In this document: piece by piece, positions 19,628 through 33,271 of the stretch
How positions within the stretch are numbered: position 1 is the first letter of the stretch
Layout of the letters: every line of letters starts with the position of its first letter
NCBI GenBank assembly: GCA_963845515.1
Contig: CAWJSR010000010.1
Coordinates: forward strand, 128,001 to 192,000
Reading direction: 5' to 3'
DNA length: 64,000 nucleotides
Source of the DNA: an uncultured delta proteobacterium
GTDB taxonomy: Bacteria > Myxococcota > Myxococcia > Myxococcales > Anaeromyxobacteraceae
Notes under the pieces: model-generated
Databases searched by the model: none
The model's input: only the letters and a program-made list of their open reading frames with translations
What the model was told of the DNA's origin: nothing
Made by a program: the position numbers and the translations under genes

Positions 19628-21279
19628 TCAACTGATGCCTCCGAGCCCCAGTGAGTGGCGCAGCAGCTCCTCCTGGACCACCGTGCTCCCCGCGAGGACC
19701 GCCCGCCGCTCGCGCCAGCCGGCGTCGAGGAGGTCCGCGAGCTCCGCCCGGATCTGGTCGGGCGACCAGCCCAGCTCCCGCCCAGCGAGCTGGGCCGCGA
19801 TCCGGGCGCAGTCGAGCCCGCCACAGGCGCCGGTCGCCAGCCTGATGCGGCGCCGGAGATCCTGGAGCCGCCGGACCTTCTCGTGCCGCACGGCGTGGAG
19901 CACCTCCGCCGCGATGATCCCCTCCGAGCGGCAGAGGACGAGGCCGAGGCGCGGCTCCTCGCGGACGAGCCTCAGCACCTCGACCGCCCGGCTGCCGTGG
20001 CGGTAGACGAGCCTCGACGCGATCCCGGCGTCGACCCCGTGCTCCGCGGCGAGCGCGACGGGGTCGGGCAGGCCCTCGCCGCCGGGGAGCGGCTCGGCGT
20101 GGGTGCGGCAGGCGACCGGCCGGCGCCCGAGCCGCGAGAGGATCCAGTCGGCCGCCTCCTGGGACTGCGCGCGGTAACTGGCGAGCTTCCCGCCGACGAT
20201 CGAGAGGAGCCCGTCGAAGCCGTCGACGGCGCCGTCGTAGAGCCTGTGATCGCGCGACAGCGCGTCCTCGTTCGGTCCCCAGTCGTAGAGCGTGGTCCGC
20301 AGGCCGCACCACGCGCGCACGATCCGCGCGCGCCTGATCGCGGGCACCAGCGCCTCGACCGCCTCGACCAGGTACTCCACCTCGTCGTGCGTCGCCTCCA
20401 CGTCGTCCGGGTCCCCGTAGTAGTCGTCGTCGGTCGTGCCGATGATCGACTCGTCGCCGTGCGGCATGACGAACATCTGGCGGCCGTCCACGGCGGTGCA
20501 GAGGATCGCCGTAGTTCGACCAGCGCCGGTCGAGCGTCAGGTGGACCCCCTTCCCCGGGCGCATCGCCACCTTCGCGCCGTGCCGCCTGGCGAGCGCAGG
20601 CGACCAGGCGCCGGTGGCGTTGAAGACGATCGGCGCGTACGCCTCCCCCTCCTCGCCCGGTGAGCGCGTCGCGCCAGACCACGCCGCGGACGTGGCCGCG
20701 CTCGGTGAGGATCCGGCGCCCCTCGGTCCAGTTATGGACCTCGGCGCCAGCCCGCTCCGCCGACAGCGCGTTGAGCACGCAGAGCCGGAAGGCGTCGATC
20801 CCCCACTCGTCGAAGGTGATCGCGCCGTGCAGGCCGGGCCGGAGCGATGGCTCGAGCTGGTAGAGCTCGCCGGCCGTGAGGCGGGTGGACGGCTTGCCCC
20901 GCTTCAGCGGCTGGAAGCGGTCATAGGCGCCGAAGTAGGTCTCGTAGGCGTACCAGGTCGCCCGCTCCCAGAGCGACGCCCCCTCCTTCCTGGAGGTGAA
21001 GGGCATCAGGAACGGGATCCGGAAGAGCAGGTGCGGCGCGATCTTCTGGATGTAGCCGGAGTCCCGGCACGCCAAGGCCGTGACCTGCCGGTCGGCGACC
21101 ATGTACCGGACGCCGCCGTGGATCATCCCGGAGCTGTTGCCGCTGGCGCCGACGCCGAAGTCGGTCTTCTCCAGCAGGAGCACGGAGAGGCCACGCAGCG
21201 CGAGGTCGCGCGCGGTCCCGACGCCGTTGACCCCGCCCCCGAGGACGATTACGTCGAAGTGCCCGCCGGCTCGACTCAC
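19628..21279 (-). CDS. glpA: FAD-dependent glycerol-3-phosphate dehydrogenase (GlpA/GlpD family; frameshifts near 20650 and 20510)
   Basis: 'VLGGGVNG', 'GASGNSSGMIHGGVRY', 'IIGTTD', 'GGKLASYR'; C-terminal Cys-bearing BFD-like region 'LCRSE...RLATGACGGLDC'. Confidence 0.85.
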
Positions 21280-21319
21280 CCGGGAAGTCTAACCCGGTAG
21301 GGCGAAGGGAGGGAGCCCG

Positions 21320-24675
<3,356 letters not shown>

Positions 24676-24686
24676 GGGTGAGACTG

Positions 24687-24713
24687 CCCTCTCTCCCCCA
24701 GGGGGGAGAGGGA
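24687..24713. repeat. REP-like hairpin after argG
   Basis: CCCTCTCTCCCCC-A-GGGGGGAGAGGG, same core as other REP copies. Confidence 0.6.
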
Positions 24714-24729
24714 GCCGCGTTGCAGTAAC

Positions 24730-24756
24730 GTCACGGCCGCGCCACCCGACCGCTAT
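24730..24756 (+). promoter_or_regulatory. Putative Pho box upstream of the PhoB-like regulator
   Basis: GTCAC (24730), GCCAC (24741), GCTAT (24752) at 11-bp period. Confidence 0.5.
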
Positions 24757-24767
24757 GCATCCGCGGG

Positions 24768-25478
24768 ATGAAGGGTGGCGTGCCTACGGTCCTGATCGTC
24801 GACGACGAGCGCGACATCCTGACCTCCCTCGAGTTCAACCTCGAGGCTGAGGGGTTCGAGACGCTCCTCGCCTCGACCGGCGAGGAGGCGCTCGCCTGGC
24901 TTAGGGCGCGCGTGCCCGACGTCGTCCTGCTCGACCTGATGCTCCCGGACCTCCCGGGCACCGAGATCTGCCGCCGCATCAAGGCGGACCTCCGCACGAG
25001 CGGGGTCCCCATCGTGGTCCTCTCAGCGCGCGGCGATGAGGTGGATCGGGTCGTCCTCTTCGAGCTCGGCGCCGATGACTACGTCCGCAAGCCGTTCAGC
25101 GTCCGCGAGCTGGTGCTCCGGCTTCGCGCCGTGCTTCGCCGGACCGCGGCTCCTTCCCCGCCGTCACGGTCAGTGGTGGCGATCGGCCCCATCGTGCTCG
25201 ACCGCGACGCCCACCGCTGCACCGTGAGCGGCCGCGACGTCGTGCTGACACAGATCGAGTTCAAGCTCCTCGGGACGCTGATGGATCGCGCTGGCCGCGC
25301 CCAGTCGCGCGAGCGCCTGCTGTCGGACGTCTGGGACCTGTCCGAAGGGGTCGAGAGCCGGACCGTCGACACGCACATGAAGCGACTCCGCGACAAGCTC
25401 CGGCCGGCGGACGGCATGATCGAGACCGTGCGCGGGCTCGGCTACCGGCTCGTCGAGCCGAAGTCCCCCCGGCGCTGA
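24768..25478 (+). CDS. phoB: OmpR/PhoB-family response regulator
   Basis: Receiver 'IVDDE...LLDLMLP...ADDYVRKPFS' and winged helix 'SRTVDTHMKRLRDKL...IETVRGLGY'; next to phosphate porin and pstS. Confidence 0.8.
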   Translation: MKGGVPTVLIVDDERDILTSLEFNLEAEGFETLLASTGEEALAWLRARVPDVVLLDLMLPDLPGTEICRRIKADLRTSGVPIVVLSARGDEVDRVVLFELGADDYVRKPFSVRELVLRLRAVLRRTAAPSPPSRSVVAIGPIVLDRDAHRCTVSGRDVVLTQIEFKLLGTLMDRAGRAQSRERLLSDVWDLSEGVESRTVDTHMKRLRDKLRPADGMIETVRGLGYRLVEPKSPRR

Positions 25479-25552
25479 TCCCCGCCGCCGTGACGCGGCC
25501 GTCGCCCTTCCGTGGCGGCGCCGTCGCAGATCCTCCACCGGGCCCAGACGAA

Positions 25553-25590
25553 TTGACCGAGCCGTAACAGGCGCGCTGCGGCGGCGCCAC
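25553..25590 (+). promoter_or_regulatory. Putative Pho box upstream of porin-pstS
   Basis: TTGAC (25553), GTAAC (25564), GCCAC (25586) on an 11-bp register. Confidence 0.35.
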
Positions 25591-25644
25591 GCGCCCCCCG
25601 TAGAACGTCGTCGAGACGAACTCACACAGAGGAACTTCGACGAC

Positions 25645-26901
25645 ATGAATCCACGCAGCCTCGCCGTTCTCGCCGTTCTCGCCGCGCTCGTCACTGCCCC
25701 CGCGGCCGCCCATGCCCAGGAGGCCGCTGCGCCGGCATCTCCCACGCTCGCGCCCACCACCGCTCCAGCCCGGGACCTCACCTCGGACGTCGACACGGTC
25801 GGCGGCAAGGTCGACGCAGTCACCGAGAAGGTGGCTGAGCTCGACACCGCCGTCGCTGGGCTCAAGAAGCTCAGGTTCTCCGGCTACGTCCAGGGGCGCT
25901 GGGCCTGGCTCGAGGGCGCGCGCTACGAGCCGAAGTGCGCCGCCGCAACCTGCACCGCCGACGAGCTGAAGGCCTACGCGCCGCCCGACAAGGACAACTT
26001 CTACGTCCGCCGCGGCCGCTTCAAGGCGACCTACGACACCGACCTCGCGCAGGCCGTCCTCCAGCTGGACGTGGTCCCGTCCGGAGTCTCAATCAAGGAG
26101 GGCTTCGTCACGCTGAAGCTGCCGCAGGGCTTCGCAGTCGACACCGGCCTCCAGCTCCTCCCCTTCGGTTACGAGGTCTCACAGCGCTCGTCCGCCGACC
26201 TCGATCTGCTCGAGCGCAGCCAGGTCACCGGCAAGCTCCTCAAGGGTGAGTACGACCTCGGCGTCGCGCTGCGCGGCGCCAGGGGCCCCGTGAGCTTCAA
26301 GGTCGGCCTCTTCAACGGGAACGGCATCGACGGCGGCAAGGGCCGGGACAACGACCAGCTGAAGGACGTGATCGGCCGGGTCGGGTTCGACCTCGGCACG
26401 GTCACCGGAGGCCTCTCCGGCTGGTACGGCAAGACCATCGACTACACCAGCACGGCCAACACCGAGTACGACCGGGTCCGCGCTGGCGCCGACCTGCAGG
26501 TCTACCTCGACCTGCTCCCGATCGGCGGGACGGCGCTCAAGGGCGAGTACATCTGGGGCAAGACCGCCATCGGCACCGGCGGCGCCGGGGCCGGCGACAA
26601 GCTCGGCACGACGATGTCCGGCTACTACCTGCTCGCGTCGCAGAACGTCGGCAAGCGGCATCAGGTGGACGTCCGCTGGGACTCCTTCATCCCCGATCAC
26701 GGCCTCGATCACGACGACGCCGCGAACGCCAAGAAGGTCTTCCAGACGAACGAGCTCTCGGCCGCGCTTCACACCTTCGTCGGCGAGGCCTGGAAGCTCT
26801 CGCTCGCCTACTACCACCCGATGAACGGCACCAAGGGGCCGAGCGCTCCGTCCGACCCGAAGTCGGACAGCGTCATCGCACAGGCCCAGGTCAAGTTCTA
26901 A
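25645..26901 (+). CDS. Phosphate-selective porin (OprO/OprP-like)
   Basis: Signal peptide, 'FSGYVQGR', 'FYVRRGRFK', 'GLFNGNG', C-terminal Phe; directly upstream of pstS. Confidence 0.75.
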   Translation: MNPRSLAVLAVLAALVTAPAAAHAQEAAAPASPTLAPTTAPARDLTSDVDTVGGKVDAVTEKVAELDTAVAGLKKLRFSGYVQGRWAWLEGARYEPKCAAATCTADELKAYAPPDKDNFYVRRGRFKATYDTDLAQAVLQLDVVPSGVSIKEGFVTLKLPQGFAVDTGLQLLPFGYEVSQRSSADLDLLERSQVTGKLLKGEYDLGVALRGARGPVSFKVGLFNGNGIDGGKGRDNDQLKDVIGRVGFDLGTVTGGLSGWYGKTIDYTSTANTEYDRVRAGADLQVYLDLLPIGGTALKGEYIWGKTAIGTGGAGAGDKLGTTMSGYYLLASQNVGKRHQVDVRWDSFIPDHGLDHDDAANAKKVFQTNELSAALHTFVGEAWKLSLAYYHPMNGTKGPSAPSDPKSDSVIAQAQVKF

Positions 26902-26930
26902 CCGTCACCGAACCACACAGGAGCAACCAT

Positions 26931-27753
26931 ATGAAGCGCATCGCAGTGTTCTTCGCGGCCGCCCTCGCCGCCGCCCCGGCCCTCGCCAGCGCCCAGGCGC
27001 TGACCGTCAAGGGCTCCGACACGATGGTCATCCTCGCCCAGCGCTGGGCCGAGGCGTACATGAAGAAGGTGCAGGGCAAGAAGGTCCAGGTGACCGGGGG
27101 CGGCTCCGGGACCGGGATCGCGGCCCTCATCAACGGCACGACCGAGATCGCCAACTCGTCGCGCTCCATCAAGGACGCCGAGAAGGCGAAGGTGCGGGAT
27201 AGGTTCAGCGTCCTCCCCGCAGAGACCGTGGTGGCAAGGGACGGCGTCGCGTTCTACGTCCACGAGTCCAACCCGGTGGCGCAGCTCACCGTCCAGCAGC
27301 TCAAGGCCATCTACGTGGGCGACGTGACCAGCTGGAAGGAGGTCGGCGGCAAGGACGAGCCGATCGTCGTCTTCTCGCGCGAGAACTCCTCGGGCACTTA
27401 CGTCTTCGTGAAGGAGAACGTCCTCGGCAACGAGGACTACGCCGCGAGCGCCCAGACGCTCCCCGGCACCGCCGCCGTCGTCAACGCCGTCTCCAAGGAG
27501 GCGAAGGGGATCGGCTACGGCGGCGCCGCCTACGCCAAGGGCGTGAAGAGAGCTCAAGATCGTCGGCAAGGACGGCCAGGGCTACCTTCCGATGGCGGAG
27601 AACGTGAAGAGCGGTGCCTATCCGCTGTCGCGCCCGCTCTTCATGTACACGCGCGGCAAGCCCCAGGGCGACGCGAAGGCCTTCATTGAATACTGCCTCT
27701 CCGCCGAGGGGCAGGCGGTGGTCACGCAGGTCGGGTACTTCCCGGTCAAGTAG
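26931..27753 (+). CDS. pstS: Phosphate-binding protein PstS (frameshift near 27548)
   Basis: 'VKGSDTM', 'GGGSGTGIAAL', 'SRENSSGT'; next frame 'YPLSRPLFMY' to TAG at 27751-27753. Confidence 0.92.
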
Positions 27754-27877
27754 CGAGCTGTCGAGCCGATCGACGCTCACGCGGCGGTCGTCCACGTGCA
27801 CGCAGCCCCTCGGGGCGCGGCGCGAGGGACGGCCGCCGCGGCCGTTCCAGTTGCTGCGCCCGGGTTTCCCAAGAGGA

Positions 27878-27893
27878 TTCACCTCCGAGTCAC
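27878..27893 (+). promoter_or_regulatory. Pho-box-like repeat in the convergent intergenic region downstream of pstS
   Basis: TTCAC (27878) and GTCAC (27889), 11 bp apart. Confidence 0.3.
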
Positions 27894-27970
27894 GCCCATG
27901 CTGGGGACACCACGAAAGAGGCCGGCGGCCCCGTGGGTCGCCGGCCTCTCGCCGCGGGCTGGGCACCCCG

Positions 27971-28345
27971 TCAGCGCGCGCGGGCGTCCAGCGCACTCCG
28001 GACCGCGGAGCGCAGCCGAGCGGGATCGCCCTTCATCACGTAACCCGCCGTCCCCAGGCGGAGCGACGCCTTTCGAAGCGACTCCTCGTCGTTCGACGAG
28101 TAGAGGAAGATCGAGAAGCTCCGTTCCTTCTGGCACTGGTCCAGGAGCCCAGCGACGGTCTCCCCCGACAGCCCCGGCATGTTGACGTCGAGGAGGACCA
28201 CGTCCGGCCGCTCCCTCAGGACCTTGAGCGTGGCCCCGAACCCGGAGCGGTTCACGACCACCCGGTGGCCCTCGGCCTCGAGGATCTCCTGCGTGTAGAG
28301 GAGATGGGTGGGATCGTCGTCGATGATGAGTACCTTGCCGTTCAC
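27971..28345 (-). CDS. Stand-alone response regulator receiver
   Basis: 'LIIDDD', 'LLDVNMP', conserved Lys in 'YVMKG'. Confidence 0.88.
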   Translation of the reverse strand: MNGKVLIIDDDPTHLLYTQEILEAEGHRVVVNRSGFGATLKVLRERPDVVLLDVNMPGLSGETVAGLLDQCQKERSFSIFLYSSNDEESLRKASLRLGTAGYVMKGDPARLRSAVRSALDARAR

Positions 28346-29598
28346 TGGTGAGGCTCCTCCGGCGGAGCGCCGGTCGAGAGGTGGAGGGTGAAGCAGCTGC
28401 CCTCGCCGTACCGGCTCTCGACGGCGATGCGGCCGCCGAGGAGCCGGGCCAGCGAGCGGGAGATCACGAGCCCCAACCCGGTCCCCGCGTGCGACTTGGT
28501 GCGGGCGTCCTCGAGCTGGCCGAAGGGCTGGAAGAGGCGGTCGAGATCCTCCGTCCGGATACCGCAGCCGGAGTCGCGGACCCAGAGCCGCGTCTCCCCA
28601 GGCGAGGAGGTCGCCCCGAGCTCGATGGTGCCGGCCTCGGTGAACTTGGCGGCGTTGCTGAGGAGGTTGAGCAGGATCTGGTGGAGCCGCTGGCGGTCGA
28701 CGTGGACCGTCGAGGGCGCGCCCCGGCGTTCGACGCGCACCTCGACCCGCCGGGACCCCAGGAGGAGGCGCGTCGTCGCCGCCAGCTCCTCCAGGAGCTG
28801 GGCGAGCGCCACGGGCTCAGCCTGGAGGGTCATCTTCCCAGCCTCGAGCTTGGAGAGGTCGAGGATGGCGTTGACGGTCCCACGCAGCCCGGTGGCCGTC
28901 CGATCGAGGAGCTCCAGCCGTTCCTGGACGGCTGCCAGGTCGCCCCGGGTGCAGGCCATCGAGAGGATCTCCGTCAGGCCGACGATCGCGTTGATCGGCG
29001 AGCGGAGCTCGTGGGTGGCGTGCGCGAGGAACTGGGCGCGGATCGACTCCACCTTCTCCAGCTCACGGTTCCGCTCGAGCGCCGACTCTTGCTCGAGGAC
29101 CGCGCGAGCGAGCGCCAGCCCCTGCTCGACCGCCAGGTCGCGCGCCGAGAGGAGACCGACGAACTGCCCTTCGCCGTCCACGACGACGAGGTCGTCGTAG
29201 GCGCGGCTCGGTGGCCGGGAGAAGGCCAACTCCACCGCCTCAGCCAGCGCGGTGGCCCCGGCGATCACCAGCGGCTCCGGATCGGCGATCCGCATGGAGG
29301 GTCGGCGACCGAAGATCTCGTAGCCGAAGTTCCGGCCCAGCTTCAGGAGGAGCGCCTGTCGCGTCACCAGCCCCACCGGCCGCCCTCCCCTCACCAGGGC
29401 TACGGAGTCCAGCTCCGGTCGTTCGCGGAAGACCTCAACGAGGTGCGAGACGAGCATGTCGGGCGACGCCTGGTCGCCACTTCGGACGAGGTCGCGCACC
29501 GGCCTCGCCGCGTTGCGTCCTTCGGGTGGCGCCGGGGAGGCGTGGCGGTGGTGGCCGGGGCGGGGCGCCTCGACCAGGGGTCGACCTACGTTGGGCAT
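28342..29598 (-). CDS. Cytoplasmic CBS-domain sensor histidine kinase
   Basis: CBS pair ('PVGLVTR', 'YDDLVVVD...FVGLLS'), H-box 'HELRSP', 'NLLSNAAKFT', 'DSGCGI', 'GTGLGL'; no TM. Confidence 0.88.
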   Translation of the reverse strand: MPNVGRPLVEAPRPGHHRHASPAPPEGRNAARPVRDLVRSGDQASPDMLVSHLVEVFRERPELDSVALVRGGRPVGLVTRQALLLKLGRNFGYEIFGRRPSMRIADPEPLVIAGATALAEAVELAFSRPPSRAYDDLVVVDGEGQFVGLLSARDLAVEQGLALARAVLEQESALERNRELEKVESIRAQFLAHATHELRSPINAIVGLTEILSMACTRGDLAAVQERLELLDRTATGLRGTVNAILDLSKLEAGKMTLQAEPVALAQLLEELAATTRLLLGSRRVEVRVERRGAPSTVHVDRQRLHQILLNLLSNAAKFTEAGTIELGATSSPGETRLWVRDSGCGIRTEDLDRLFQPFGQLEDARTKSHAGTGLGLVISRSLARLLGGRIAVESRYGEGSCFTLHLSTGAPPEEPHQ

Positions 29599-29612
29599 GG
29601 CGGTCTCCGTGT

Positions 29613-30563
29613 TCAGTCGCGGCGGTCGATACCCGCCGCCAGCAGCGCCAGCCCCTCGAAGAGGAGGTGGGCCGCGAGGTGGGAGGTGAGATCGGCGTGA
29701 TCCAGCACAGGGCAGACCTCCACCACGTCCATGCCAGCGAGCTGGATCCCTTTGAGCTGGCCAATCAGGCCGAGCAGCTCGCGGGAGGAGAGTCCGCCGG
29801 GGACTGGCGTCCCGGTGCCGGGCGCGAAGGCGGGGTCAGCGACGTCAACGTCGATCGTGATCCAGGTCGGCATCCCGTCGAAAGCGCTGGAGATCGTCCG
29901 CGCGAGCGTGGCAGGGCCGAGCTGCGAGAAGGCGTCTGCGTCCACGCGGCGCGCCCCGGCACAGTCGCCGGGGGCACCGTCCTCGCCAGTAGCCCAGGGG
30001 CCGCGGAGTCCGACCTGCCAGAGCCGCCCGAGCGACACGAGCCCCTCGTCGATGGCGTGGCCGATCGGCGTGCCGTGGTGCCAGGGGTCGCCCCAGGTGT
30101 CCGGCCCGCTCGTGTCGAGGTGGGCGTCGAGGTGGAGCACGGCGAGCGGGCCGTGCCGGCGCGCAGCCGCACGGAGCGCCGGAAGCGTGATCGAGTGGTC
30201 TCCACCGACGAGGAACGGCGCGGCCCCCTGCGCGATGACCGCGGCCGTGGTCGCCTCGATCGCCGCTCGCCCCGCCGCGCGATCGAACGGCGGGAAGACT
30301 ACGTTGCCTGCATCGACCGCCGCGGTCCCGTCGAAGGCGTCGAGGCGGCGCACGGGGTGCCAGCCCTGGAGCAGCGCGCTCACTCGCCGCACGTGAAACG
30401 GGGCGAGGCGGGCTCCCGGCTGGTAGGTTGTCCCAGCGTCGGTCGGTACGCCGATCAGCGCGGCGCGGGTGCCGTCCGGCAGCCGGCGCGGATCGGCCCG
30501 GGGGAGCCGGAAGAACGGGGTCTGCCCCTCGCGGAGGTACTCAAGCGCGCTCGCCTGGGCCAT
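29613..30563 (-). CDS. speB: Agmatinase-type ureohydrolase
   Basis: 'GGDHSIT', 'DAHLD', 'HHGT', 'DVDVADPAFAPGTGTP', 'DVVEV'. Confidence 0.88.
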   Translation of the reverse strand: MAQASALEYLREGQTPFFRLPRADPRRLPDGTRAALIGVPTDAGTTYQPGARLAPFHVRRVSALLQGWHPVRRLDAFDGTAAVDAGNVVFPPFDRAAGRAAIEATTAAVIAQGAAPFLVGGDHSITLPALRAAARRHGPLAVLHLDAHLDTSGPDTWGDPWHHGTPIGHAIDEGLVSLGRLWQVGLRGPWATGEDGAPGDCAGARRVDADAFSQLGPATLARTISSAFDGMPTWITIDVDVADPAFAPGTGTPVPGGLSSRELLGLIGQLKGIQLAGMDVVEVCPVLDHADLTSHLAAHLLFEGLALLAAGIDRRD

Positions 30564-30572
30564 GTCGAGCGC

Positions 30573-31331
30573 TCAGGCATCTCGAAGCGAGAGGACTGCC
30601 GACCGCACGGCGCAGGCGAGCTCCGCGGCGACGTCCCAGCCGTCGGCCTCGATCGGCGCTCCGAAGCGCACCAGCGCGTGCGCGCGCGCACCGCCAGCGA
30701 ACCGGAGGTAGTGGGGCAGGAAGCTGTCGTCACCGACCCACGCCAACTCGGGACGATCGTAGGAGATGCTGACGGGCACGATGGGAACCTCGCCGACGCG
30801 CGCCATCCAGAGGAGGCCAGGGTGGAACGGGAGGACGCCGTCCCCCCGGGTGGTCGTGCCTTCCGGGAAGTTGAGCACGGCGATGCCGTCTTCCAGCGCG
30901 CGCGCGGCAGCGCGCAGCACCCGCACTCCGGAGCGGCCGTTTCCCCGCTCCACGAAGAGGACGCCGAGCTCCTTCGCCATTGCGCCGATCACCGGCCAGG
31001 CTGCGACCGCGTCCTTCGAGATCGGGAGGCAGGGGAGGAGCCCGCCGACCACCAGGGGGTCGAGCCAGCTCAGGTGATTGCACGCCAGCAGCGCGGCGCC
31101 TGCGGGACGCACCCCCTCCACGGTCACCTCGATCCCGTGGAGCGCGGTGACCCGCTCAAGCAGGCCGCACATCAAGCGAACCCGCGCGAGCCGTCCCGCG
31201 CGGTCCACACCCCCCGCCAGGCCCCTCAGCCGGAGCGCTGTCCCAACTGCTGCGGCCCCGGTGGCGGCGAGGCGCCGTCCCGCTCGCGCGGTGGCCGGGA
31301 CCCCCTCCTGGACGAGCCGAAGAGCGCTCAC
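30573..31331 (-). CDS. PlsC/OlsA-like lysolipid acyltransferase
   Basis: 'NHLSWLD' (HxxxxD) and 'FPEGTT'. Confidence 0.9.
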   Translation of the reverse strand: MSALRLVQEGVPATARAGRRLAATGAAAVGTALRLRGLAGGVDRAGRLARVRLMCGLLERVTALHGIEVTVEGVRPAGAALLACNHLSWLDPLVVGGLLPCLPISKDAVAAWPVIGAMAKELGVLFVERGNGRSGVRVLRAAARALEDGIAVLNFPEGTTTRGDGVLPFHPGLLWMARVGEVPIVPVSISYDRPELAWVGDDSFLPHYLRFAGGARAHALVRFGAPIEADGWDVAAELACAVRSAVLSLRDA

Positions 31332-31852
31332 GCCGCACCCGCCAGCGTCGAACCGTCGACCAGGCCGATCCGTTCCAGCCGGGGCCGCATCCGGTCGAAC
31401 GCGTCACGCTCGATCCGGGAGACGAGCCGGCGGTCCCCCGGCCCGTAGAAGTTCTCGCGAATCCCCACCTCGCGGGCGCCCAGCGCCGCGTGGAGCGCCC
31501 GCGCCGCCGCGTTCTCCTCCTTCACGGTGAACCAGCAGCTGTCGACCCGCGCGGAGAGCGAGCCGATCAGGCGCTGCACGAGCCCGAAGGCGACGCGCGT
31601 CCCCTGGTACTCGGGAAGCACGCCGAGCGTCGTGCAATAGGCCTCGCGGCCGCGGATGAAGCAGAGGACGTACCCGAGCAACCTCTCGTCCTCTTCAGCG
31701 GCGAAGCAGGTGTCGGCGAAGAACTCGCAGCAGAGCCGGACGTAGTAGGGGCCGAGGACGTCTTCGCCGGCGACACCGAAGACCTGCTCCTCGAGCCTCA
31801 TGATCGCCGCGAAGTCCTCGCGGCGTAGCGAACGGATGATTCGACGTGCCAT
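31328..31852 (-). CDS. GNAT-family N-acyltransferase
   Basis: '[14 protein letters not shown]', '[12 protein letters not shown]', 'NFYGPG'. Confidence 0.85.
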   Translation of the reverse strand: MARRIIRSLRREDFAAIMRLEEQVFGVAGEDVLGPYYVRLCCEFFADTCFAAEEDERLLGYVLCFIRGREAYCTTLGVLPEYQGTRVAFGLVQRLIGSLSARVDSCWFTVKEENAAARALHAALGAREVGIRENFYGPGDRRLVSRIERDAFDRMRPRLERIGLVDGSTLAGAA

Positions 31853-31960
31853 GGATCCTCCTTCGAGCTGCGAGGAGCCTAGCGACCAGGCGTGCGGAGC
31901 CCGTGGCGCGCCTGCGACGATTGGGTTGCGGCGCCCCGCGGGCGACCGCGCCCCCGCCGA

Positions 31961-33261
31961 TCAGGGGGCGGGCGCGGCGCCGCCGCTGAATCTTGTCGAG
32001 GATCCGCTGGAGACCGAACTTCGGGAGGCGCGTGTAGCCCGCCCAGGCTGCGGCCGCGAGCAGGCCATCGGCCAGCCAGTCGCCGAGCCACTCGGCGGCG
32101 AAGCGGGCCTCGCGCTGCTTGAGCCCGGCGCCAGAGTCCCGCGCCCAGCGACGGTTGTACCATTCGTGAACACCGACCGGCGGGGCGAGGACGAGCGGCA
32201 GACCGAGCGCGGCGTAGAAGGTCAGCTCGGACGGCTTCGTCCAGAGGACGTCGGTCCGCGCGAGGAGCGCGTTGAATCGGGACGTAGTAGTCGTCGAAGT
32301 CCGAGGCGGAGAGGATCTGCACCGCCCCGCCGAGCAGGGGCTCCAGGCGCGCCCGGTGCACCGCCTCACGGAACCGGGCCTCCACGTCGGGCGGACCCCG
32401 GCCACGAGCGCCAGCCGGAGTCGGCCCTCGCCCAGCGCTGCGGCGAAGCCGGGCAGGAACGCCGACGCAAGCTCCACCTGCGCGCCCGCTCCACCGACGG
32501 CGAAGGTGACGAGCGGAGGCTCTACCGGCACCTCCCGTGGGAGCGCGCCGAGGAAGTGCGCGAGCTCCTCGGGCATGTTGCGCCGGAACTCGCCGCTGGG
32601 ATCGAGCCGCACGAGCCGGGCCGCCAGGTGCTGGCGAAGGAGGGTGAGGTCTGGCCCGCCGACCAGCTCGTCCGGCAGGGGGAAGCCCGTGAAGGTGATC
32701 CGCTCCTCCGGGACGCCGTAGGCGCGAAGCCGCCGCCCCGCGCGCTGGGTAGGGACGAGGAACTGGATCCGGGTGCGCGCCGGCTCGAGCGGCGCCCAGA
32801 TGCGGTTGAGGTCAGTGTCCGTCGCGACGCAGTAGATGTTCTCAAGCCCCGCGCGGTCGGCTGCGATCGCGGGTGCGTAGAAGGTGCTGACCAGGGGCGC
32901 GCCGCCCGCGCGCGCCGCGCCGACGACCCCCATCTCCCAGGCCGCGCCGGATCAGCCGGTCGAGCGCGAGCGCCCCCTGCGTCGGCGTCGAGAGGTCGCG
33001 GCGGGGGTGGAGGCGAGGGATGTCAGTGGCGCTGTCGAGCAGCTGGCGAATGGGAAGACCGACCCACGGCAACTGTGACAGGCGCGAGACCCACTCGTAG
33101 CCGCCCCGCGCGCGCCGCCAGAGCCGCTCCTCCTCGGCGTTCGCGACGGGGGCGCGGTCGACGTGGAGCACCGACGTGCTGAGAGCAGCCGCGATCGGAG
33201 CGGCTGCCCGGAGGTGCCCGTACCCCATTTCGACGGCGGCGACGATCGGTTTCAGTACCAT
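31961..33261 (-). CDS. GT-B glycosyltransferase, MGDG-synthase/GT28-like (about four frameshifts)
   Basis: 'EMGYGHLRAA', 'VSTFY', 'VATDTD', 'TGFPLP', 'VGGAG', 'WTKPSEL', spread over several frames; end estimated. Confidence 0.65.
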
Positions 33262-33271
33262 CTGGACGAGG

